NCBI GenBank assembly: GCA_964016885.1 | Contig: OZ024744.1 | Location: 21,514,001-21,578,000, forward strand | Direction of reading: 5' to 3' | DNA from: Eledone cirrhosa | Taxonomy: Eukaryota | Length of the DNA: 64,000 nucleotides | Shown: piece by piece, positions 1 to 12,500 of the stretch | Layout: every line of letters begins with the position of its first letter | Numbering within the stretch: the first letter of the stretch is position 1 | Made by a program: the position numbers and the translations under genes | The notes under the pieces: generated by a model | The model's database searches: none | Told to the model about the DNA's origin: nothing | Seen by the model: the letters and a program-made list of their open reading frames with translations, nothing else

Positions 1-559
1 AACAACAGCTATGAGATCTTCAGACAGAAGAGGTGACAGACACAACAGCTATGACATCTTCAGACAGAAGAGGTGACAGGCCCAACAGCTATGAAATCTT
101 CAGACAGAAGAGGTGACTGCCACAACAGCTATGACATATTCAGACAGTTAGAAGAGGTGACAGGCACAACAGCTATGATATCTTTACACAGTTAGAAGAG
201 GTGACAGCCACAACAGCTATGACATATTCAGACAGTTAGAAGAGGTGACAGCCACAACAGCTATGACATCTTCAGACAGTTAGAAGAGGTGACAGCCACA
301 ACAGCTATGACATCTTCAGACAGTTATAAGATGTGACAGCCACAACAGCTATGACATCTTCAGAGAGAAGAGGTGACAGGCACAACAGCTATGACATCTT
401 CAGACAGTTAGAAGAGGTGACAGGCACAACAGCTATGAGATCTTCAGACAAAAGAGGTGACAGCCACAACAGCTATGACATCTTTACAGTTAGAAGAGGT
501 GACAGCCACAACAGCTATGACATATTCAGACAGTTAGAAGAGGTGACAGCCACAACAGC

Positions 560-3290
560 TATGACATCTTCAGACTGTTAGAAGAGGTGACAGCCACAAC
601 AGCTATGACATCTTCAGACAGAAGAGGTGACAGCCACAACAGCTATGACATCTTCAGAGAGAAGAGGTGACAGGCACAACAGCTATGACATCTTCAGACA
701 GAAGAGGTGACAGACACAACAGCTATAACATCTTCAGACAGTTAGAAGAGGTGACAGGCACAACAGCTATGACATCTTCAGACAGTTAGAAGAGGTGACA
801 GGCACAACAGCTATGACATCTTCAGACAGTTAGAAGAGGTGACAGCCACAACAGCTATGACTTATTCAGACAGTTAGAAGAGGTGACATCCACAACAGCT
901 ATGACATCTTCAGACAGTTAAAAGAGGTGACAGGCACAACAGCTGTGACATCTTCAGACAGTTAGAAGAGGTGACAGGCACAACAGCTATGACATGTTCA
1001 GAGAGAAGAGGTGATAGGCACAACAGATATGACATCCTCAGACAGTTAGAAGAGGTGACAGGCACAACGGCTATGCCATCTGAAGAGAGTTAGAAGAGGT
1101 GACAGGCACAACAGCTATGACATCTTCAGACAGAAGAGGTGACAGCCACAACAGCTATGACATCTTCAGACAGTTAGAAGAGGTGACAGCAACAACAGCT
1201 ATGACATCTTCAGACAGTTAGAAGAGGTGACATCCACAACAGCTATGACATCTTCAGACAGTTAAAGAGGTGACAGGCACAACAGCTGTGACATCTTCAG
1301 ACAGTTAGAAGAGGTGACAGCCACAACAGCTATGACATCTTCAGACAGTTAGAAGAGGTGACAGGCACAACAGCTATGACATGTTCAGAGAGAAGAGGTG
1401 ATAGGCACAACAGATATGACATCTTCAGACAGTTAGAAGAGGTGACAGGCACAACAGCTATGACATCTTCAGACAATGAGAAGAGGTGACAGCCACAACA
1501 GCTATCACATCTTCAGACTGTTAGAAGATGTGACAGCCACAACAGCTATGACATCTTCAGACAGAAGAGGTAACAGCCACAACAGCTATGACATCTTCAG
1601 AGAGAAGAGGTGACAGGCACAACAGCTATGACATCTTCAGACAGAAGAGGTGACAGACACAACAGCTATAACATCTTCAGACAGTTAGAAGTGGTGACAG
1701 GAACAACAGCTATGATATCTTCAGACAGTTAGAAGAGGTGACAGGCACAACAGCTATGACATCTTCAGACAGTTAGAAGAGGTGACAGGCACAACAGCTA
1801 TGACATCTTCAGACAGTTAGAAGAGGTGACAGCAACAACAGCTATGACATCTTCAGACAGAAGAGGTGACAGCCACAACAGCTATGACATCTTCAGACAG
1901 TTAGACGAGGTGACAGCCACAACAGCTATGACATCTTCAGACTGTTAGAAGAGGTGACAGCCACAACAGCTATGACATCTTCAGACAGAAGAAGTGACAG
2001 CCACAACAGCTATGACATCTTCAGAGAGAAGAGGTGACAGGCACAACAGCTATGACATCTTCAGACAGAAGAGGTGACAGACACAACAGCTATAACATCT
2101 TCAGACAGTTAGAAGAGGTGACAGGCACAACAGCTATGACATCTTCAGACAGTTAGAAGAGGTGACAGGCACAACAGCTATGACATCTTCAGACAGTTAG
2201 AAGAGGTGACAGCCACAACAGCTATGACTTATTCAGACAGTTAGAAGTGGTGACATCCACAACAGCTATGACATCTTCAGACAGTTAAAAGAGGTGACAG
2301 GCACAACAGCTGTGACATCTTCAGACAGTTAGAAGAGGTGACAGGCACAACAGCTATGACATGTTCAGAGAGAAGAGGTGATAGGCACAACAGATATGAC
2401 ATCTTCAGACAGTTAGAAGAGGTGACAGGCACAACGGCTATGCCATCTGAAGAGAGTTAGAAGAGGTGACAGGCACAACAGCTATGACATCTTCAGACAG
2501 AAGAGGTGACAGCCACAACAGCTATGACATCTTCAGACAGTTAGAAGAGGTGACAGCAACAACAGCTATGACATCTTCAGACAGTTAGAAGAGGTGACAT
2601 CCACAACAGCTATGACATCTTCAGACAGTTAAAGAGGTGACAGGCACAACAGCTGTGACATCTTCAGACAGTTAGAAGAGGTGACAGCCACAACAGCTAT
2701 GACATCTTCAGACAGTTAGAAGAGGTGACAGGCACAACAGCTATGACATGTTCAGAGAGAAGAGGTGATAGGCACAACAGATATGACATCTTCAGACAGT
2801 TAGAAGAGGTGACAGGCACAACAGCTATGACATCTTCAGACAATGAGAAGAGGTGACAGCCACAACAGCTATGACATCTTCAGACTGTTAGAAGATGTGA
2901 CAGCCACAACAGCTATGACATCTTCAGACAGAAGAGGTAACAGCCACAACAGCTATGGCATCTTCAGAGAGAAGAGGTGACAGGCACAACAGCTATGACA
3001 TCTTCAGACAGAAGAGGTGACAGACACAACAGCTATAACATCTTCAGACAGTTAGAAGAGGTGACAGGAACAACAGCTATGATATCTTCAGACAGTTAGA
3101 AGAGGTGACAGGCACAACAGCTATGACATCTTCAGACAGTTAAAAGAGGTGACAGGCACAACAGCTATGACATCTTCAGACAGTTAGAAGAGGTGACAGC
3201 AACAACAGCTATGACATCTTCAGACAGAAGAGGTGACAGCCACAACAGCTATGACATCTTCAGACAGTTAGAAGAGGTGACAGGCACAAC
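560..3290. repeat. Higher-order tandem duplication, period 1367 bp (boundaries approximate)
   Basis: Variant GCCATCTGAAGAGAG at 1075 and 2442, and the 43-bp variant GTTAAAGAGG at 1261 and 2628, are both offset by 1367. Confidence 0.85.
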
Positions 3291-3599
3291 AGCTATGACA
3301 TCTTTAGACAGTTAGAAGAGGTGACAGCCACAACAGCTATGACATATTCAGACAGTTAGAAGAGGTGACAGGCACAACAGCTATGACATCTTCAGACAGT
3401 TAGAAGAGGTGACAGCCACAACAGCTATGACATCTTTAGACAGTTAGAAGAGGTGACAGGAACAACAGCTATGACATCTTCAGACAGTTAGAAGAGGTGA
3501 CAGGCACAACAGCTATGACATCTTCAGACAGTTAGAAGAGGTGACAGCAACAACAGCTATGACATCTTCAGACAGTTAGAAGAGGTGACAGGCACAGCA

Positions 3600-6500
3600 G
3601 CTATGACATCTTTAGACAGAAGAGGTAACAGCCACAACAGCTATGACATCTTCAGAGAGAAGAGGTGACAGGCACAACAGCTATGACATCTTCAGACAGA
3701 AGAGGTGACAGACACAAGAGCTATAACATCTTCAGACAGTTAGAAGAGGTGACAGGAACAACAGCTATGAATCTTCAGACAGTTAGAAGAGGTGACAGGC
3801 ACAACAGCTATGACATCTTCAGACAGTTAGAAGAGGTGACAGCCACAACAGCTATGACATCTTCAGACAGTGAGAAGAGGTGACAGCCACAACAGCTATG
3901 ACATCTTCAGACTGTTAGAAGAGGTGACAGCCACAACAGCTATGACATCTTCAGACAGAAAAGGTGACAGCCACAACAGCTATGACATCTTCAGAGAGAA
4001 GAGGTGACAGGCACAACAGCTATGACATCTTCAGACAGAAGAGGTGACAGACACAACAGCTATGACATCTTCAGAATGTTAGAAGAGGTGACAGCCACAA
4101 CAGCTATGACATCTTTAGACAGTTAGAAGTGGTGACAGTATCAACAGCTATGACATCTTCAGACAGTTAGAAGAGGTGACAGGCACAACAGCTTTGACAT
4201 CTTCATACAGTTAGAAGAGGTAACACCAACAACAGCTATGAGATCTTCAGACAGAAGAGGTGACAGACACAACAGCTATGACATCTTCAGACAGAAGAGG
4301 TGACAGCCACAACAGCTATGACATCTTCAGAGAGAAGAGGTGACAGACACAACAGCTATGACATATTCAGACAGAAGAGGTGACAGACACAACAGCTATA
4401 ACATCTTCAGACAGTTAGAAGAGGTGACAGGCACAACAGCTCTGACATCTTCAGACAGTTAGAAGTGGTGACAGGCACAACAGCTATGAGATCTTCAGAC
4501 AGAAGAGGTGACAGCCACAACAGCTATGACATTGTTACAGTTAGAAGAGGTGACAGCCACAACAGCTATGACATCTTCAGACAGTGAGAAGAGGTGACAG
4601 CCACAACAGCTATGACATCTTCAGACTGTTAGAAGAGGTGACAGCCACAACAGCTATGACATCTTCAGACAGAAGAGGTGACAGCCACAACAGCTATGAC
4701 ATCTTCAGAGAGAAGAGGTGACAGGCACAACAGCTATGACATCTTCAGACAGAAGAGGTGACAGCCACAACAGCTATGACATCTTCAGAGAGAAGAGGTG
4801 ACAGGCACAACAGCTATGACATCTGCAGACAGAAGAGGTGGCAGACACAACAGCTATAACATCTTCAGACAGTTAGAAGAGGTGACAGGCACAACAGCTA
4901 TGACATCTTCAGACAGTTAGAAGAGGTGACAGCCACAACAGCTATGACTTATTCAGACAGTTAAAAGAGGTGACATCCACAACAGCTATGACATCTTCAA
5001 ACAGTTAAAAGAGGTGACAGGCACAACAGCTGTGACATCTTCAGACAGTTAGAAGAGGTGACAGGCACAACGGCTATGCCATCTGAAGAGAGTTAGAAGA
5101 GGTGACAGGCACAACATCTATGACATCTTCAGACAGAAGATGTGACAGCCACAACAGCTGTGACATCTTCAGACAGTTAGAAGAGGTGACAGCAACAACA
5201 GCTATGACATCTTCAGACAGTTAGAAGAGGTGACATCCACAACAGCTATGACATCTTCAGACAGTTAAAGAGGTGACAGGCAGACAGCTGTGACATCTTC
5301 AGACAGTTAGAAGAGGTGACAGCCACAACAGCTATGACATCTTCAGACAGTTAGAAGAGGTGACAGGCACAACAGCTATGACATGTTCAGAGAGAAGAGG
5401 TGATAGGCACAACAGATATGACATCTTCAGACAGTTAGAAGAGGTGACAGGCACAACAGCTATGACATCTTCAGACAATGAGAAGAGGTGACAGCCACAA
5501 CAGCTATGACATCTTCAGACTGTTAGAAGAGGTGACAGCCACAACAGCTATGACATCTTCAGACAGAAGAGGTAACAGCCACAACAGCTATGACATCTTC
5601 AGAGAGAAGAGGTGACAGGCACAACAGCTATGACATCTTCAGACAGAAGAGGTGACAGACACAAGAGCTATAACATCTTCAGACAGTTAGAAGAGGTGAC
5701 AGGAACAACAGCTATGATATCTTCAGACAGTTAGAAGAGGTGACAGGCACAACAGCTATGACATCTTCAGACAGTTAGAAGAAGTGACAGCCACAACAGC
5801 TATGACATCTTCAGACAGTGAGAAGAGGTGACAGCCACAACAGCTATGACATCTTCAGACTGTTAGAAGAGGTGACAGCCACAACAGCTATGACATCTTC
5901 AGACAGAAAAGGTGACAGCCACAACAGCTATGACATCTTCAGACAGAAGAGGTGACAGCCACAACAGCTATGACATCTTCAGAGAGAAGAGGTGACAGAC
6001 ACAACAGCTATGACATATTCAGACAGAAGAGGTGACAGACACAACAGCTATAACATCTTCAGACAGTTAGAAGAGGTGACAGGCACAACAGCTCTGACAT
6101 CTTCAGACAGTTGGAAGTGGTGACAGGCACAACAGCTATGAGATCTTCAGACAGAAGAGGTGACAGCCACAACAGCTATGACATTGTTACAGTTAGAAGA
6201 GGTGACAGCCACAACAGCTATGACATATTCAGACAGTTAGAAGAGGTGACAGCCACAACAGCTATGACATCTTCAGACAGTGAGAAGAGGTGACAGCCAC
6301 AACAGCTATGACATCTTCAGACTGTTAGAAGAGGTGACAGCCACAACAGCTATGACATCTTCAGACAGAAGAGGTGACAGCCACAACAGCTATGACATCT
6401 TCAGAGAGAAGAGGTGACAGGCACAACAGCTATGACATCTGCAGACAGAAGAGGTGGCAGACACAACAGCTATAACATCTTCAGACAGTTAGAAGAGGTG

Positions 6501-9500
6501 ACTGGCACAACAGCTATGACATCTTCAGACAGTTAGAAGAGGTGACAGCCACAACAGCTATGACATCTTCAGACAGTGAGAAGAGGTGACAGCCACAACA
6601 GCTATGACATCTTCAGACTGTTAGAAGAGGTGACAGCCACAACAGCTATGACATCTTCAGACAGAAAAGGTGACAGCCACAACAGCTATGACATCTTCAG
6701 AGAGAAGAGGTGACAGGCACAACAGCTATGACATCTTCAGACAGAAGAGGTGACAGACACAACAGCTATGACATCTTCAGAATGTTAGAAGAGGTGACAG
6801 CCACAACAGCTATGACATCTTTAGACAGTTAGAAGTGGTGACAGTATCAACAGCTATGACATCTTCAGACAGTTAGAAGAGGTGACAGGCACAACAGCTT
6901 TGACATCTTCATACAGTTAGAAGAGGTAACACCAACAACAGCTATGAGATCTTCAGACAGAAGAGGTGACAGACACAACAGCTATGACATCTTCAGACAG
7001 AAGAGGTGACAGCCACAACAGCTATGACATCTTCAGAGAGAAGAGGTGACAGACACAACAGCTATGACATATTCAGACAGAAGAGGTGACAGACACAACA
7101 GCTATAACATCTTCAGACAGTTAGAAGAGGTGACAGGCACAACAGCTCTGACATCTTCAGACAGTTAGAAGTGGTGACAGGCACAACAGCTATGAGATCT
7201 TCAGACAGAAGAGGTGACAGCCACAACAGCTATGACATTGTTACAGTTAGAAGAGGTGACAGCCACAACAGCTATGACATATTCAGACAGTTAGAAGAGG
7301 TGACAGCCACAACAGCTATGACATCTTCAGACAGTGAGAAGAGGTGACAGCCACAACAGCTATGACATCTTCAGACTGTTAGAAGAGGTGACAGCCACAA
7401 CAGCTATGACATCTTCAGACAGAAGAGGTGACAGCCACAACAGCTATGACATCTTCAGAGAGAAGAGGTGACAGGCACAACAGCTATGACATCTGCAGAC
7501 AGAAGAGGTGGCAGACACAACAGCTATAACATCTTCAGACAGTTAGAAGAGGTGACAGGCACAACAGCTATGACATCTTCAGACAGTTAGAAGAGGTGAC
7601 AGGCACAACAGCTATGACATCTTCAGACAGTTAGAAGAGGTGACAGCCACAACAGCTATGACTTATTCAGACAGTTAAAAGAGGTGACATCCACAACAGC
7701 TATGACATCTTCAAACAGTTAAAAGAGGTGACAGGCACAACAGCTGTGACATCTTCAGACAGTTAGAAGAGGTGACAGGCACAACGGCTATGCCATCTGA
7801 AGAGAGTTAGAAGAGGTGACAGGCACAACATCTATGACATCTTCAGACAGAAGATGTGACAGCCACAACAGCTGTGACATCTTCAGACAGTTAGAAGAGG
7901 TGACAGCAACAACAGCTATGACATCTTCAGACAGTTAGAAGAGGTGACATCCACAACAGCTATGACATCTTCAGACAGTTAAAGAGGTGACAGGCAGACA
8001 GCTGTGACATCTTCAGACAGTTAGAAGAGGTGACAGCCACAACAGCTATGACATCTTCAGACAGTTAGAAGAGGTGACAGGCACAACAGCTATGACATCT
8101 TCAGACAGTTAGAAGAGGTGACAGGCACAACAGCTATGACATCTTCAGACAGTTAGAAGAGGTGACAGGCACAACAGCTATGACATGTTCAGAGAGAAGA
8201 GGTGATAGGCACAACAGATATGACATCTTCAGACAGTTAGAAGAGGTGACAGGCACAACAGCTATGACATCTTCAGACAATGAGAAGAGGTGACAGCCAC
8301 AACAGCTATGACATCTTCAGACTGTTAGAAGAGGTGACAGCCACAACAGCTATGACATCTTCAGACAGAAGAGGTAACAGCCACAACAGCTATGACATCT
8401 TCAGAGAGAAGAGGTGACAGGCACAACAGCTATGACATCTTCAGACAGAAGAGGTGACAGACACAAGAGCTATAACATCTTCAGACAGTTAGAAGAGGTG
8501 ACAGGAACAACAGCTATGATATCTTCAGACAGTTAGAAGAGGTGACAGGCACAACAGCTATGACATCTTCAGACAGTTAGAAGAAGTGACAGCCACAACA
8601 GCTATGACATCTTCAGACAGTGAGAAGAGGTGACAGCCACAACAGCTATGACATCTTCAGACTGTTAGAAGAGGTGACAGCCACAACAGCTATGACATCT
8701 TCAGACAGAAAAGGTGACAGCCACAACAGCTATGACATCTTCAGACAGAAGAGGTGACAGCCACAACAGCTATGACATCTTCAGAGAGAAGAGGTGACAG
8801 ACACAACAGCTATGACATATTCAGACAGAAGAGGTGACAGACACAACAGCTATAACATCTTCAGACAGTTAGAAGAGGTGACAGGCACAACAGCTCTGAC
8901 ATCTTCAGACAGTTGGAAGTGGTGACAGGCACAACAGCTATGAGATCTTCAGACAGAAGAGGTGACAGCCACAACAGCTATGACATTGTTACAGTTAGAA
9001 GAGGTGACAGCCACAACAGCTATGACATATTCAGACAGTTAGAAGAGGTGACAGCCACAACAGCTATGACATCTTCAGACAGTGAGAAGAGGTGACAGCC
9101 ACAACAGCTATGACATCTTCAGACTGTTAGAAGAGGTGACAGCCACAACAGCTATGACATCTTCAGACAGAAGAGGTGACAGCCACAACAGCTATGACAT
9201 CTTCAGAGAGAAGAGGTGACAGGCACAACAGCTATGACATCTGCAGACAGAAGAGGTGGCAGACACAACAGCTATAACATCTTCAGACAGTTAGAAGAGG
9301 TGACAGGCACAACAGCTATGACATCTTCAGACAGTTAGAAGAGGTGACAGGCACAACAGCTATGACATCTTCAGACAGTTAGAAGAGGTGACAGCCACAA
9401 CAGCTATGACTTATTCAGACAGTTAAAAGAGGTGACATCCACAACAGCTATGACATCTTCAAACAGTTAAAAGAGGTGACAGGCAGAACAGCTGTGAACA

Positions 9501-12500
9501 TCTTCAGACAGTTAGAAGAGGTGACAGGCACAACGGCTATGCCATCTGAAGAGAGTTAGAAGAGGTGACAGGCACAACATCTATGACATCTTCAGACAGA
9601 AGATGTGACAGCCACAACAGCTGTGACATCTTCAGACAGTTAGAAGAGGTGACAGCAACAACAGCTATGACATCTTCAGACAGTTAGAAGAGGTGACATC
9701 CACAACAGCTATGACATCTTCAGACAGTTAAAGAGGTGACAGGCAGACAGCTGTGACATCTTCAGACAGTTAGAAGAGGTGACAGCCACAACAGCTATGA
9801 CATCTTCAGACAGTTAGAAGAGGTGACAGGCACAACAGCTATGACATGTTCAGAGAGAAGAGGTGATAGGCACAACAGATATGACATCTTCAGACAGTTA
9901 GAAGAGGTGACAGGCACAACAGCTATGACATCTTCAGACAATGAGAAGAGGTGACAGCCACAACAGCTATGACATCTTCAGACTGTTAGAAGAGGTGACA
10001 GCCACAACAGCTATGACATCTTCAGACAGAAGAGGTAACAGCCACAACAGCTATGACATCTTCAGAGAGAAGAGGTGACAGGCACAACAGCTATGACATC
10101 TTCAGACAGAAGAGGTGACAGACACAAGAGCTATAACATCTTCAGACAGTTAGAAGAGGTGACAGGAACAACAGCTATGATATCTTCAGACAGTTAGAAG
10201 AGGTGACAGGCACAACAGCTATGACATCTTCAGACAGTTAGAAGAGTTGACAGCCACAACAGCTATGACATCTTCAGACAGTGAGAAGAGGTGACAGCCA
10301 CAACAGCTATGACATCTTCAGACTGTTAGAAGAGGTGACAGCCACAACAGCTATGACATCTTCAGACAGAAGAGGTGACAGCCACAACAGCTATGACATC
10401 TTCAGAGAGAAGAGGTGACAGGCACAACAGCTATGACATCTTCAGACAGAAGAGGTGACAGACACAACAGCTATAACATCTTCAGACAGTTAGAAGAGGT
10501 GACAGGCACAACAGCTATGACATCTTCAGACAGTTAGAAGAGGTGACAGGCACAACAGCTATGACATCTTCAGACAGTTAGAAGAGGTGACATCCACAAC
10601 AGCTATGACTTATTCAGACAGTTAAAAGAGGTGACATCCACAAAAGCTATGACATCTTCAGACAGTTAAAAGAGGTGACAGGCACAACAGCTGTGACCTC
10701 TTCAGACAGTTAGAAGAGGTGACAGGCACAACGGCTATGCCATCTGAAGAGAGTTAGAAGAGGTGACAGGCACAACAGCTATGATATCTTCAGAGAGAAG
10801 AGGTGACAGGCACAACAGCTATGACATCTTCAGACAGTTAGAAGAGGTGACAGGCACAACAGCTATGACATCTTCAGACAGTGAGAGGAGGTGACAGCCA
10901 CAACAGCTATGACATCTTCAGACTGTTAGAAGAGGTGACAGCCACAACAGCTATGAAATCTTCAGACAGAAGAGGTGACAGCCACAACAGCTATGACATC
11001 TTCAGAGAGAAGAGGTGACAGACACAACAGCTATGACATCTTCAAACAGAAGAGGTGACAGACACAACGGCTAAAACATCTTCAGACAGTTCGAAGAGGT
11101 GACAGGCACAACAGCTCTGACATCTTCAGACAGTTAGAAGTGGTGACAGGCACAACAGCTATGACATCTTCAGACAGTTAGAAGAGGTGACAGCCACAAC
11201 AGCTATGACATATTCAGACAAAAGAGGTGACAGGCACAACAGCTATGACATCTTCAGACAGTTAGAAGAGGTGACAGGCACAACATCTATGACATCTTCA
11301 GACAGAAGATGTGACAGCCACAACAGCTGTGACATCTTCAGACAGTTAGAAGAGGTGACAGCAACAACAGCTATGACATCTTCAGACAGTTAGAAGAGGT
11401 GACAGCCACAACAGCTATGACATCTTCAGACAGTTAAAAGAGGTGACAGGCAGACAGCTGTGACATCTTCAGACAGTTAGAAGAGGTGACAGCCACAACA
11501 GCTATGACATCTTCAGACAGTTAGAAGAGGTGACAGGCACAACAGCTATGACATGTTCAGAGAGAAGAGGTGATAGGCACAACAGATATGACATCTTCAG
11601 ACAGTTAGAAGAGGTGACAGGCACAACAGCTATGACATCTTCAGACAATGAGAAGAGGTGACAGCCACAACAGCTATGACATCTTCAGACTGTTAGAAGA
11701 GGTGACAGCCACAACAGCTATGACATCTTCAGACAGAAGAGGTAACAGCCACAACAGCTATGACATCTTCAGAGAGAAGAGGTGACAGGCACAACAGCTA
11801 TGACATCTTCAGACAGAAGAGGTGACAGACACAAGAGCTATAACATCTTCAGACAGTTAGAAGAGGTGACAGGAACAACAGCTATGATATCTTCAGACAG
11901 TTAGAAGAGGTGACAGGCACAACAGCTATGACATCTTCAGACAGTTAGAAGAGGTGACAGCCACAACAGCTATGACATCTTCAGACAGTGAGAAGAGGTG
12001 ACAGCCACAACAGCTATGACATCTTCAGACTGTTAGAAGAGGTGACAGCCACAACAGCTATGACATCTTCAGACAGAAAAGGTGATAGCCACAACAGCTA
12101 TGACATCTTCAGACAGAAGAGGTGACAGCCACAACAGCTATGACATCTTCAGAAAGAAGAGGTGACAGACACAACAGCTATGACATATTCAGACAGAAGA
12201 GGTGACAGACACAACAGCTATAACATCTTCAGACAGTTAGAAGAGGTGACAGGCACAACAGCTCTGACATCTTCAGACAGTTAGAAGTGGTGACAGGCAC
12301 AACAGCTATGAGATCTTCAGACAGAAGAGGTGACAGCCACAACAGCTATGACATTGTTACAGTTAGAAGAGGTGACAGCCACAACAGCTATGACATATTC
12401 AGACAGTTAGAAGAGGTGACAGCCACAACAGCTATGACATCTTCAGACAGTGAGAAGAGGTGACAGCCACAACAGCTATGACATCTTCAGACTGTTAGAA

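Noticed and set aside
3761-3780. Singleton 1-bp deletion (GCTATGAATCTTC) that extends the 3665 ORF
   Set aside because: It is absent from paralogous copies (GCTATGATATCTTC), so it is a private mutation or sequencing error.
9481-9505. Singleton variant AGGCAGAACAGCTGTGAACATC with a 1-bp insertion
   Set aside because: I saw it only once, so it is likely a consensus error or private mutation with no interpretable significance.
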